DNA of 39,220 nucleotides from Bifidobacterium breve (GTDB taxonomy: Bacteria; Actinomycetota; Acidimicrobiia; Acidimicrobiales; Ilumatobacteraceae), in contig CAMDBY010000001.1 in assembly GCA_945889575.1 (NCBI GenBank), forward strand, positions 1-39,220, written 5' to 3'. Shown in pieces: positions 19,094 to 27,307 of the stretch. Both the position numbers and the translations under genes were made by a program. The notes beneath the pieces were generated by a model that worked only from the letters and a program-made list of their open reading frames with translations, made no database searches and was not told where the DNA came from. Every line of letters begins with the position of its first letter. The stretch's first letter is position 1.

Positions 19094-20299
19094 ATGTCAA
19101 CTGTGCCTACTCCTGAAGCGGTGCACGATGAATGCACAGTGTGGTTACACGACAATTGGAATCAGGAACTGTCATTGCTTGAATGGCGCGAGCGACTTGT
19201 TGATTCGGGGTGGGCGGTTCCACATTGGCCAACGCAATGGATGGGCAAAGGCCTTCCCGCATGGAGCGAGCGCACTGTGTCGTTAGCACTGAACGCAGTG
19301 GGTGCACCTGGTCTACCGACTGGTGTTGGTATGTCGTTAGCTGCTCCCACCATTCTCGAACATGGCTCTGCAGATATGAAGTCACGGTTCTTGCGACCCA
19401 CGCTGACAGGGGAATATTCGTGGTGCCAACTGTTTAGCGAGCCAGGGGCAGGTTCCGATCTGGCAGGACTTTCCACGAAAGCAATGCTTGATGGCGATGA
19501 ATGGATCATCAACGGACAAAAGGTCTGGAACACCAGCGCACATCATGCCGATTACGGCATCTTGTTGGCCCGGACAGATTCGTCAGTCTCAAAACATCAT
19601 GGCATCACATATTTTGTCTTGCCAATGAAGCAAGACGGGGTAATGGTTCGTCCACTTGCCCAGATGAATTACCACTCATCGTTCAACGAGGTGTTTATGA
19701 CTGATGCACGTCTTCCAAAGGATTTTGTGGTGGGTGATGTGAACGCAGGTTGGACTGTTGCGTTGGCGACTCTCGCGCACGAACGACGTTTCGGCAATAT
19801 TGTTTCGCGACCAAAGGTAAATACCGGTGGGCGAGCAGTTCAGGAAGCCCTCATTGAATACACCGAATACATGGAGACCTATAAGTGGTATCCACAACGC
19901 GCTGGTCGTGTTGATTTACTCGTGCCTCAACTGACAGAACGCAATCTCAATACAGATCCAACCCTGCGCCAAGATGTTGCACGTATCCTCGCAATGCAGA
20001 AGGTCAGCGGGTGGACTGCAGATCGTGCACGTGCAGCACGTGAATTAGGTAAGCCGCCGGGCGCTGAAGGCTCTGTCGGCAAATTGGCAATGAGCACTAT
20101 TGCACGCCTTGCATCGCTTGCGCACGGTCACATTGCCGGAGCTGATGGAATGTTGATGGGTCCAGACTCACCAGCTGCTGGCATGGTGGCGGAAGTTCTT
20201 GTGTCTGTCCCTGGTCAATCAATTGCTGGCGGCACCGACGAAATTCAACACAACATTCTGGGTGAGCGTGTGCTGGGTCTTCCACGCGAACCGCAATGA
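19094..20299 (+). CDS. acyl-CoA dehydrogenase family protein
   Basis: 401 aa. Motif SEPGAGSDLAG and C-terminal GGTDEIQHNILGERVLGLP. Confidence 0.85.
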   Translation: MSTVPTPEAVHDECTVWLHDNWNQELSLLEWRERLVDSGWAVPHWPTQWMGKGLPAWSERTVSLALNAVGAPGLPTGVGMSLAAPTILEHGSADMKSRFLRPTLTGEYSWCQLFSEPGAGSDLAGLSTKAMLDGDEWIINGQKVWNTSAHHADYGILLARTDSSVSKHHGITYFVLPMKQDGVMVRPLAQMNYHSSFNEVFMTDARLPKDFVVGDVNAGWTVALATLAHERRFGNIVSRPKVNTGGRAVQEALIEYTEYMETYKWYPQRAGRVDLLVPQLTERNLNTDPTLRQDVARILAMQKVSGWTADRARAARELGKPPGAEGSVGKLAMSTIARLASLAHGHIAGADGMLMGPDSPAAGMVAEVLVSVPGQSIAGGTDEIQHNILGERVLGLPREPQ

Positions 20300-20326
20300 G
20301 ATAATGTGAAAAGCGAGGGTTTTTAA

Positions 20327-20431
20327 ATGTTTGCAATTGACAACTTGCTTTTCTACATCACGTATGGTCTTGTTGCATTCGGCGCTTACTTGGTGGTGAA
20401 GCGTTTAGCTGAGGGTAAAAAAGAAAATTGA
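20327..20431 (+). CDS. 34-aa single-TM mini-ORF (below the ORF-track cutoff)
   Basis: Translation MFAIDNLLFYITYGLVAFGAYLVVKRLAEGKKEN. SD GAGGG at 20315..20319 lies 7 nt upstream of the ATG. A hairpin follows. Confidence 0.3.
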   Translation: MFAIDNLLFYITYGLVAFGAYLVVKRLAEGKKEN

Positions 20432-20433
20432 GA

Positions 20434-20459
20434 AGAGACTTTCAGTCTCTGCCAATTTT
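20434..20459. terminator. short hairpin between convergent small ORFs
   Basis: 7-bp stem AGAGACT (20434..20440) / AGTCTCT (20444..20450) with a 3-nt loop, and TTTT at 20456..20459. A T-rich tract is also present on the other strand. Confidence 0.35.
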
Positions 20460-20467
20460 CCCTGTTG

Positions 20468-20617
20468 TTAGTTGTTGACTGCCCCGTCAGGCATTGTGGC
20501 GCCCTTCAAGATTGTGCCTGACAGATTTGTATTTGTCAGATCTGCACCCGTCAAAATTGCCCTGGGCTCAATGGAATAACCATTAACCATCACCTTGTAG
20601 AGGCTCTTTGGGGACAT
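20468..20617 (-). CDS. 49-aa pentapeptide-repeat mini-protein (below the ORF-track cutoff)
   Basis: Reverse-strand translation MSPKSLYKVMVNGYSIEPRAILTGADLTNTNLSGTILKGATMPDGAVNN contains 4-5 consecutive A(D/N)LXX-type pentapeptide units. ATG at 20617..20615, TAA at 20470..20468. No obvious SD. Confidence 0.4.
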   Translation of the reverse strand: MSPKSLYKVMVNGYSIEPRAILTGADLTNTNLSGTILKGATMPDGAVNN

Positions 20618-20690
20618 TATTCACTGAATTCCAACATTGCAGGGGTCGTTCGCAAATTGAGACTCGCTCGGTAGAGTTTTATCGCTACTT

Positions 20691-20766
20691 GGCCCCATCG
20701 TCTAGTGGCCTAGGACACCACCCTCTCAAGGTGGCGGCACGGGTTCGAATCCCGTTGGGGCTGCCA
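20691..20766 (+). tRNA. tRNA-Glu (anticodon CTC), CCA encoded
   Basis: Hand-folded cloverleaf:
- acceptor GGCCCCA/TGGGGCT (G1-U72 wobble)
- D stem GTCT/GGAC
- anticodon stem CCACC/GGTGG with loop CTCTCAA
- T arm ACGGG-TTCGAAT-CCCGT
- discriminator G, then CCA. Confidence 0.85.
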
Positions 20767-20788
20767 ATTGATGGATTAGTTTTTAGAA

Positions 20789-21580
20789 GTGACGAACTCC
20801 AGAAAACTTCAGACCTTGTTGAATCGATTTCGCTTGGTGCTGCTGTCTCTGCCGGCAGTTACCGCGGTCCTAATCCTTCGATATGTGCTGCGTGAGGTGT
20901 TCACTATCGGTGAAGTAGCCACCTTTGGCGAGATCGGGTCGGTGATCACCGGCGTGACACTGATTCTCGGTTTCATGCTCGGTGGAGTTCTTACTGACTA
21001 CAAGGAATCAGAAAAATTGCCTGCAACTGTCGCAGTTGCCCTTGCCGGATTTCGTTCCACAGCACATTCTGGTTTGTTGGCAAAAGATCTCGATGTATCA
21101 CTGATTAACGCACGTATCTCAAAAGTTGCAAATGCGATTGCAGGGTGGTTTGTCGGAACCAATTCAGAAGATGAGATGTGGAATTCGCTGTCAGATTTCC
21201 CTGCGCTAATTGTTGATCTCGAAAAAGCAGGAATGGCGTCGCATTATGTTGGGCGTTTGATGGTGCTTAATGGTGAATTAAATGCAACGTTGAACAGAAT
21301 TGCAGTGGTGCGTAATACATCATTCGTTCAATCCGGTTATGTATTGATGTCGATATTGGTGCTTGTGCTGCAGGGCTCGCTTGTAATTGTGAGCTTTCCG
21401 TCATCAATCATGTCGTGGATAGCACCTTCGGTTCTCAGTCTCGCCTATGCCTACTTGTGGCTACTGGTGCGGGACCTTGATAATCCTTTTGGTCATAGCG
21501 AGAATGATGGCAAAGGCAGTGGGGCAGATGTTGATATCTCGCCATTATTGAATGTGGTGCGTGCATTAAGTATCCATTGA
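20789..21580 (+). CDS. integral membrane protein, possibly bestrophin-like/DUF4239-like
   Basis: 263 aa with a GTG start and 4 hydrophobic segments. The C-terminal DLDNPFG motif is reminiscent of bestrophin-type channels. The family assignment is tentative. Confidence 0.6.
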   Translation: MTNSRKLQTLLNRFRLVLLSLPAVTAVLILRYVLREVFTIGEVATFGEIGSVITGVTLILGFMLGGVLTDYKESEKLPATVAVALAGFRSTAHSGLLAKDLDVSLINARISKVANAIAGWFVGTNSEDEMWNSLSDFPALIVDLEKAGMASHYVGRLMVLNGELNATLNRIAVVRNTSFVQSGYVLMSILVLVLQGSLVIVSFPSSIMSWIAPSVLSLAYAYLWLLVRDLDNPFGHSENDGKGSGADVDISPLLNVVRALSIH

Positions 21581-21626
21581 AAATTGATTAGCTTTCGTGT
21601 TGTACAATTACGTGCGGGGGTAACAC

Positions 21627-23177
21627 ATGTTTACACGCAGTACGGCTCAAGAGCATCCAGATCGCCCAGCGATCAGTATGGCGTCAAACGGTCAAGTCAT
21701 CACGCATGCCGAACATGAGGCGGGGGCTAATCGTTTAGCACATGCACTGCGACGCCATGGTTTGCAAAAAGGCGATCACTATGCCTTATTCATGGAGAAC
21801 AACAATAAGTTTCTTGAGATTTGTGCGGCTGGAGAACGTTCTGGTCTGTTTTACACGCCGATAAATTCGTATCTGACCGCAGATGAATTGGCGTACATCA
21901 TTCAGAATAGTCAATCGAAAGTTCTGATTGTTTCGAAAGCCAAACGTGACATTGCTGCCGCAGCTTTAGAACAGTGTCCAAATGTGACATTAGGAATCAT
22001 GATTGATGCAGAGGAGAATGATCCGGTATTTGTCGACTATGTAAATTTGATAGCTCACGAACCAACAGAGCCGATTGCCGATGAAAATCTGGGAATCGCA
22101 ATGCTGTATTCATCAGGAACGACAGGCCGCCCGAAAGGAATCCTGCGTCCAATGCCAGATAGTTCACCTGACTCTCCACTGCCTTTGTGGGGTTTTCTCG
22201 ACAACTTATGGAAGTACGAAGACGGTATGACGTATCTGTCACCCGCTCCTCTGTATCACTCTGCACCACAGGCGGCGGTGGGGCTTTCTCTCCGTAGGGG
22301 AGGCACTGTGGTTGTGATGGAAAATTTTGATCCTGAACAGTATTTGATGCTTGTTGAGAAATACAAAGTTACTCATAGCCAATTAGTGCCAACAATGTTC
22401 AGCCGGATGTTGAAATTGCCTGAAGATATCAAAAACAAATATGACTTGTCATCTTTGAAGGTTGCAGTGCATGCAGCCGCTCCGTGCCCCGTGCCCGTGA
22501 AAGAAAAAATGATTGAGTGGTGGGGCCCAATAATCGAGGAGTATTACGGAGCTACCGAGGGTCTGGGTTTTGCAGCGTGTGATAGCGCGCAATGGCTTGC
22601 ACACGTGGGAACAGTTGGCAAAGTTCTGATAGGTGAGTTACATATTCTGGACGATGATATGAATCCGTTGCCTCAAGGAGAACCTGGCACTTTATGGTTT
22701 AAGGCAGCCACAGCCTTTTCGTATTTCAATGACGTAGAGAAGACAAAAGAATCAACATCGGCTGATGGAGTTCTCACAACAGTGGGTGACGTGGGGTATC
22801 TCGACGCAGATGGATATTTATTTCTCACAGATCGTGCAACATTCATGATCATTTCTGGTGGTGTCAATATCTACCCCCAAGAAAGTGAGAACTTGCTGAT
22901 TACTCACCCGAAAGTTGCCGATGCAGCAGTGTTCGGCGTTCCGAATGTTGATTTGGGCGAAGAAGTAAAAGGCGTCGTGCAACTCATGCCTGGAATTGAG
23001 GCAAGTGGTGCGATTGAACGGGAGTTAATTGATTTTTGTAATGAGCATTTGGCCAGACAGAAGTGTCCGCGATCGATTGATTTTGTTACAGAGTTTCCCC
23101 GCCTACCCACAGGGAAGTTGTACAAGAAACCTCTCCGTGATAAATACTGGGGTGACAAGAAAAGCCGGATTGTGTAA
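21627..23177 (+). CDS. acyl-CoA synthetase / AMP-dependent ligase (FadD-like)
   Basis: 516 aa. AMP-binding motif LYSSGTTGRPKG, plus YGATEG and GDVGYLDADGYLFLTDR. Confidence 0.88.
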   Translation: MFTRSTAQEHPDRPAISMASNGQVITHAEHEAGANRLAHALRRHGLQKGDHYALFMENNNKFLEICAAGERSGLFYTPINSYLTADELAYIIQNSQSKVLIVSKAKRDIAAAALEQCPNVTLGIMIDAEENDPVFVDYVNLIAHEPTEPIADENLGIAMLYSSGTTGRPKGILRPMPDSSPDSPLPLWGFLDNLWKYEDGMTYLSPAPLYHSAPQAAVGLSLRRGGTVVVMENFDPEQYLMLVEKYKVTHSQLVPTMFSRMLKLPEDIKNKYDLSSLKVAVHAAAPCPVPVKEKMIEWWGPIIEEYYGATEGLGFAACDSAQWLAHVGTVGKVLIGELHILDDDMNPLPQGEPGTLWFKAATAFSYFNDVEKTKESTSADGVLTTVGDVGYLDADGYLFLTDRATFMIISGGVNIYPQESENLLITHPKVADAAVFGVPNVDLGEEVKGVVQLMPGIEASGAIERELIDFCNEHLARQKCPRSIDFVTEFPRLPTGKLYKKPLRDKYWGDKKSRIV

Positions 23178-23215
23178 TCCTCACGCCACCGGCGGATTCC
23201 AGTTACGCTCAGTCA

Positions 23216-25684
23216 ATGAAAAGATTTCAAGGAGTGTGGGCGCTTCTTTCTTTAGCGGTGGCGAGCGTGAGCGTGTGGAGTGCACCCGTTGATGCTGCAA
23301 TGCGAACTACCCCAGGAGGGGCTAACGGAGTGTTGCGCAAACTTGCGTCGAATGATGGTCGTTTTGAAGCTGCCGGGAATTCGGTCTGGGCAATTAACAC
23401 TGGTTCCAGTCTCACGCCTGTTGATGCATCTGTAGTTGTAGACAAAGTCAGCGGATCAGTTCTTGAATTTTCTACTGCGCTAGGGGAGGAAGTCTCGGCT
23501 CGCTCGATGTCATCCGCAGTTGAAGTGAGACAGCCCGTAAAAGCATCCGGAGTATTGGCCTCCCGAAGCGTGACAGTGATTCCATTGCAGTGGGCTGGTG
23601 CAACGTGGAAATCTTCTGATCGGACACAAGCAAATACAATTGTGGACAAATTGACGCCGTGGTGGCGTGCAATGTCTGCGAACCAAGAGTCTTTAAACCT
23701 TCGATTTACATCAGTTCTTGATGTGTCGTCGGTCAATGGACCTGGACAGTGTGATTTCTATGCGATGTCTGATCTTGCGGTTGCTTATGCAAAAAGTAAA
23801 GGGTTGTACGACACCTCTAATCATCTGATGATGACATTTACGGGTGACAACCAAGATTGTAGTTTTGGCGGTCTCGGAGAAGTTGGTGGAAAACTGACAT
23901 GGACATACACGGCTGCTGGTTATGAAGGAATCTGGGCTCACGAACTAGGGCACAACATGGGTTTCCCCCATGCCAATGCTTGTAACGCCGGAGTCACGCT
24001 GACATACCTGAAGTCATGTGAAGAAGTGGAGTACGGAGACGTCACAAGCACTATGGGAATGGGAGGGCCGTCTGGTTATTACGCACCAACGTTTCTTGCC
24101 AGTATCGGTTGGCTACCCGAAACAAATCGTGCAGTGTGGGCAGGAACGTCTGCAACGTATTCATTGAATCGGCCTGACCGATCTGATCTCGGTGTAACAG
24201 CGATCAATATTCCTGCAACAGATGGAACCGTGGGCGACAATTCGTATTGGGTGCAATACAACCCGAATGCGCTGACGTATGTGACTGACCCCAATCGACC
24301 TGTGCAGGGTGGATTAGTAATCATGTTTGAACCGTCAAAAGAATTTGCAGAAAATCGGATCAGTCTTGGAGGAATTCTTGGTTCTCCGACGAGTACTAGT
24401 TATCTCTGTGACCTGACGCCACCGACAACAACATTGACCGGAATTGATTACGCGACTGATCCGCGCTTGTTGCCTCTTCGTTCATGGACTGATCCCCGTA
24501 ATCGATTCAAAATCACACTTGCGTCGGTTGACGGAACAGTAGCGACGGTACAAATAGAGCCAATTGCAAATCCTGCTGTAACCGCACCGTCGACTACTGC
24601 CGCCATGCCTGACCCTTCCGGAGCAACGAACCTCATGGTCTCCTGGGAGATTGCGGCAGATGCCTTTGGCCTGAATGAACCGTCAACATGGAATGTTGAC
24701 TTTGGTGAAGACGCTACGAAGAGCTGTATTGCATTGGTATGGGACTTGTCGTGCACGGTTTCCGACATCAGCAGAACTCTGACATATACACCTGGAGTGT
24801 CCGGCGGTAATGGCGTTTCACGTTCCACACGCACCACATCTTCTGCCGGATTACTTGGAAATTCACCACCGGTATTTACGGCATCATTTGTGAGTACTGC
24901 TGATGAAATTGTGGCCAAAATTCATGTTGACAGCGGCGGTTCCCCCGTGATTGGCGCCCCTACTGTAGAAATTGAAGGCAGTCAATCGTGCACAATTGCG
25001 CCTGAGGGTGATTCAACCTGCACGTTCTTTGGGTTACAGCGAAAGACAGCCCATACCTTGATAGCTAAGGGCACAAATGCAATCGGCTCACGTGAAACAA
25101 AGTTCACGGCGCGAACGCTTGCCGGAACTCCTGATAATCCCACCATTACAGGAAAATTTGAAGGCTCTGAATTGGTTGCCACCGTCTTTGCTGATGCCGC
25201 AGATCAAAACAACGTTGATGTATTCGAAATGTATTGCATTGCTCAAAAGGGATCAAAGAGTGTCTACGGATTCGGCGAAGGGACATCGCCAAACTCAAAA
25301 ACTTTTCGCTTGCCAAAGATGAAGGGCAAAGCCAATTACTGCTACGGCCGTGTGATGTCAACTGGTACCGTAAAGATTTATTCAAGTGGCTATGGTCTGT
25401 TGCGAATAGCCGCTAACGGTAAAATTACATCTGGCAAACTCAGTATCGCGCCGACTATTTCATCAAATGTCGCTGGCATTGTCAACGTGAAGTGGAAAGC
25501 AACAGATTCACTTGGTTCAGTTAAATCTGTGTCGGTGAACCCATCAAGTGGATCTTGTAAGAAAACATCAGCGACAAGTTGTGTCATCAAGGGCCTCACT
25601 AGTGGATCAATCGTGACAGTTGTTCTGTCTGGCCGAGGTACTTCAGGTTCTGAAATTGTTAAATCGAATATCGTAGTAAAATGA
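23216..25684 (+). CDS. secreted zinc metalloprotease (metzincin-type HExxHxxGxxH) with C-terminal beta-sandwich repeats
   Basis: 822 aa. Signal peptide MKRFQGVWALLSLAVASVSVWSAPVDA. Zinc motif HELGHNMGFPH at residues 242-252 (nt 23939..23971). Residues from about 465 to 822 hold four units of about 90 aa each, and each unit has a Cys pair (C504/C513, C592/C602, C674/C709, C781/C789). No sortase or TM anchor is present. Confidence 0.8.
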   Translation: MKRFQGVWALLSLAVASVSVWSAPVDAAMRTTPGGANGVLRKLASNDGRFEAAGNSVWAINTGSSLTPVDASVVVDKVSGSVLEFSTALGEEVSARSMSSAVEVRQPVKASGVLASRSVTVIPLQWAGATWKSSDRTQANTIVDKLTPWWRAMSANQESLNLRFTSVLDVSSVNGPGQCDFYAMSDLAVAYAKSKGLYDTSNHLMMTFTGDNQDCSFGGLGEVGGKLTWTYTAAGYEGIWAHELGHNMGFPHANACNAGVTLTYLKSCEEVEYGDVTSTMGMGGPSGYYAPTFLASIGWLPETNRAVWAGTSATYSLNRPDRSDLGVTAINIPATDGTVGDNSYWVQYNPNALTYVTDPNRPVQGGLVIMFEPSKEFAENRISLGGILGSPTSTSYLCDLTPPTTTLTGIDYATDPRLLPLRSWTDPRNRFKITLASVDGTVATVQIEPIANPAVTAPSTTAAMPDPSGATNLMVSWEIAADAFGLNEPSTWNVDFGEDATKSCIALVWDLSCTVSDISRTLTYTPGVSGGNGVSRSTRTTSSAGLLGNSPPVFTASFVSTADEIVAKIHVDSGGSPVIGAPTVEIEGSQSCTIAPEGDSTCTFFGLQRKTAHTLIAKGTNAIGSRETKFTARTLAGTPDNPTITGKFEGSELVATVFADAADQNNVDVFEMYCIAQKGSKSVYGFGEGTSPNSKTFRLPKMKGKANYCYGRVMSTGTVKIYSSGYGLLRIAANGKITSGKLSIAPTISSNVAGIVNVKWKATDSLGSVKSVSVNPSSGSCKKTSATSCVIKGLTSGSIVTVVLSGRGTSGSEIVKSNIVVK

Positions 25685-26421
25685 GAAATATGTCAAAGAA
25701 AGTAATCATGATTGCTGGGTTGTGTCTTTCCCTCGCGGCGTGTTCGGGCAAGAGCAGTACGCCGACCACAACCACGTCGACCAGTACGACAACCACGTCG
25801 ACCACGTCGACCACATCGACTACATCGACCACGACTACGATTCCTGTGGCACCGGTAATTTCGTCACCCGCCGAGACTATTCCTGTCATCAAAACAGAAG
25901 GTCGTAAAACAGCTGGACCTTGCGTGGGTATTGACGAAGTTGACTATTGCGTGTGGGGCACACGCCCGGTTGACAAAACAATTACGAATAGTCGAAGTGT
26001 CGAAATAGTTTCGTTGCTCGAACAGGGTTTTACCTCAATGTCGGATTCGATGGACACTGTTCAGATGGAATTCGAGAGTCGGACAATCGGAAAATTAATT
26101 GAAGCAACCGAAGCCACGGACCCGAATGCCTTGTGTGTGCAGGTGTCTATTGCGTCAAGCCAAGGGCTGCCGTTGTCAACCATGGCTTACACCGCTAAAA
26201 ATACAACTGGGGTTCGGCAACGGCTCACTATGCCGGTTATCAATGCTCTTATTCCTGGGACCAAGCATTCGTTGAAGATTCAGAAAGGTCCGGCATGTGC
26301 TGCATACGATTTATCTGTCATGGTGGCAATGTCGTCGCAGTATAAGTATCCGGCAAAGTACGGCACGCTGACGATTGATGGTCGCAAGTCAACTGGCTCG
26401 CTCTGGGCACTCATTGACTGA
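25681..26421 (+). CDS. lipoprotein with Thr/Ser-rich stalk, unknown function
   Basis: 246 aa. Lipobox LSLAAC (Cys21), then the linker SSTPTTTTSTSTTTTSTTSTTSTTSTTTTIP. The ATG overlaps the protease stop (ATGA at 25681..25684). Confidence 0.75.
   Translation: MRNMSKKVIMIAGLCLSLAACSGKSSTPTTTTSTSTTTTSTTSTTSTTSTTTTIPVAPVISSPAETIPVIKTEGRKTAGPCVGIDEVDYCVWGTRPVDKTITNSRSVEIVSLLEQGFTSMSDSMDTVQMEFESRTIGKLIEATEATDPNALCVQVSIASSQGLPLSTMAYTAKNTTGVRQRLTMPVINALIPGTKHSLKIQKGPACAAYDLSVMVAMSSQYKYPAKYGTLTIDGRKSTGSLWALID
25771..25839 (+). repeat. in-frame 9-bp tandem repeat (Thr-Thr-Ser units) in the lipoprotein linker
   Basis: ACCACGTCG at 25771. A contiguous array follows: ACCACGTCG, ACCACGTCG, ACCACATCG, ACTACATCG (25792..25827). 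Degenerate ACN/TCG codons flank it. Confidence 0.7.
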
Positions 26422-26454
26422 TCTTTAGTTCTGCCGAGTGTCAGACTGGAACCT

Positions 26455-27279
26455 ATGTTCGCTGGTCTCTTGTCTATCCCACAAGCTGTGCTTCTGGGAA
26501 TTATTGAAGGAATAACGGAGTTCCTGCCCGTCTCGTCTACTGGGCATCTACTTGTCGTAGGAGAACTCATAGGGTTCGGAACGGGAAAAGCGAGTACGGC
26601 GGCAGATACGTATTCAATTGCAATTCAATTCGGCGCCATTCTTGCGGTTTTGTTTCTGTACCGCATTCGCGTGTGGTCGTTGGTACGCGGACTCTCCGGT
26701 GCTGATGTAGATGGGCGAGCCGCTCTGATTCGTCTAGTCGTTGCTTTCTTGCCCGCTGCATTAATTGGGTTGCTTGCTGGCGATGCAATGAAGAGTGCGC
26801 TGTTCGGCCCAGTACCGGTAACCATTGCATGGCTAGTAGGAGGAATAGTTCTTCTCAGATGGAAGCCAGCAGTCGGATTATTGACTCTTCATGAAATGCC
26901 AATACGGGCCGCAGTCATCATCGGATGTGCGCAGAGTCTCGCGTTATGGCCAGGAGTAAGCAGAAGCCTGGTCACACTTATTGCCGCACTGGCAGTGGGC
27001 TTGTCAATGTCGGCAGCAATTGAATTCAGTTTTTTACTCGGGCTCATCACGTTGTCGTCTGCGACAGCGCTCGACTTATCGAAACACGGAAGTGAATTAG
27101 TTGATCAATTCGGAATTCTTGCACCGTCAATTGGGCTTGTGTGCGCTTTCATTACCGCAGTGATTGCGGTGAAGTGGATGGTTGGATACTTAGAGTCGCA
27201 TTCTCTTCGGGTATTTGGTTGGTATCGCCTGGCAATTGGGGCCACATCCGTAGTTCTTCTAGCCACAAATGTCTTGTAG
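26455..27279 (+). CDS. uppP: undecaprenyl-diphosphate phosphatase
   Basis: 274 aa, polytopic. Signature EGITEFLPVSSTGHL and a second motif region, SRSLVT. Confidence 0.9.
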   Translation: MFAGLLSIPQAVLLGIIEGITEFLPVSSTGHLLVVGELIGFGTGKASTAADTYSIAIQFGAILAVLFLYRIRVWSLVRGLSGADVDGRAALIRLVVAFLPAALIGLLAGDAMKSALFGPVPVTIAWLVGGIVLLRWKPAVGLLTLHEMPIRAAVIIGCAQSLALWPGVSRSLVTLIAALAVGLSMSAAIEFSFLLGLITLSSATALDLSKHGSELVDQFGILAPSIGLVCAFITAVIAVKWMVGYLESHSLRVFGWYRLAIGATSVVLLATNVL

Positions 27280-27307
27280 ATAATGGCGTGGCGCCTACCA
27301 TGGAGAA

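Noticed and set aside
20649-20677. Possible tRNA-Glu promoter (TTCGCA, 17-nt spacer, TAGAGT)
   Set aside because: The spacing and the TAnnnT hexamer are plausible, but the -35 is poor. This cannot be supported without transcription start data.
20608-20895. 95-aa plus-strand ORF
   Set aside because: It reads straight through the tRNA-Glu gene (20691..20766) and into the next CDS in another frame.
25659-25892. 77-aa minus-strand ORF with a VVDVVDVVDVV repeat
   Set aside because: It is the reverse-complement reading of the Thr/Ser 9-bp tandem repeat in the lipoprotein gene and is not an independent gene.
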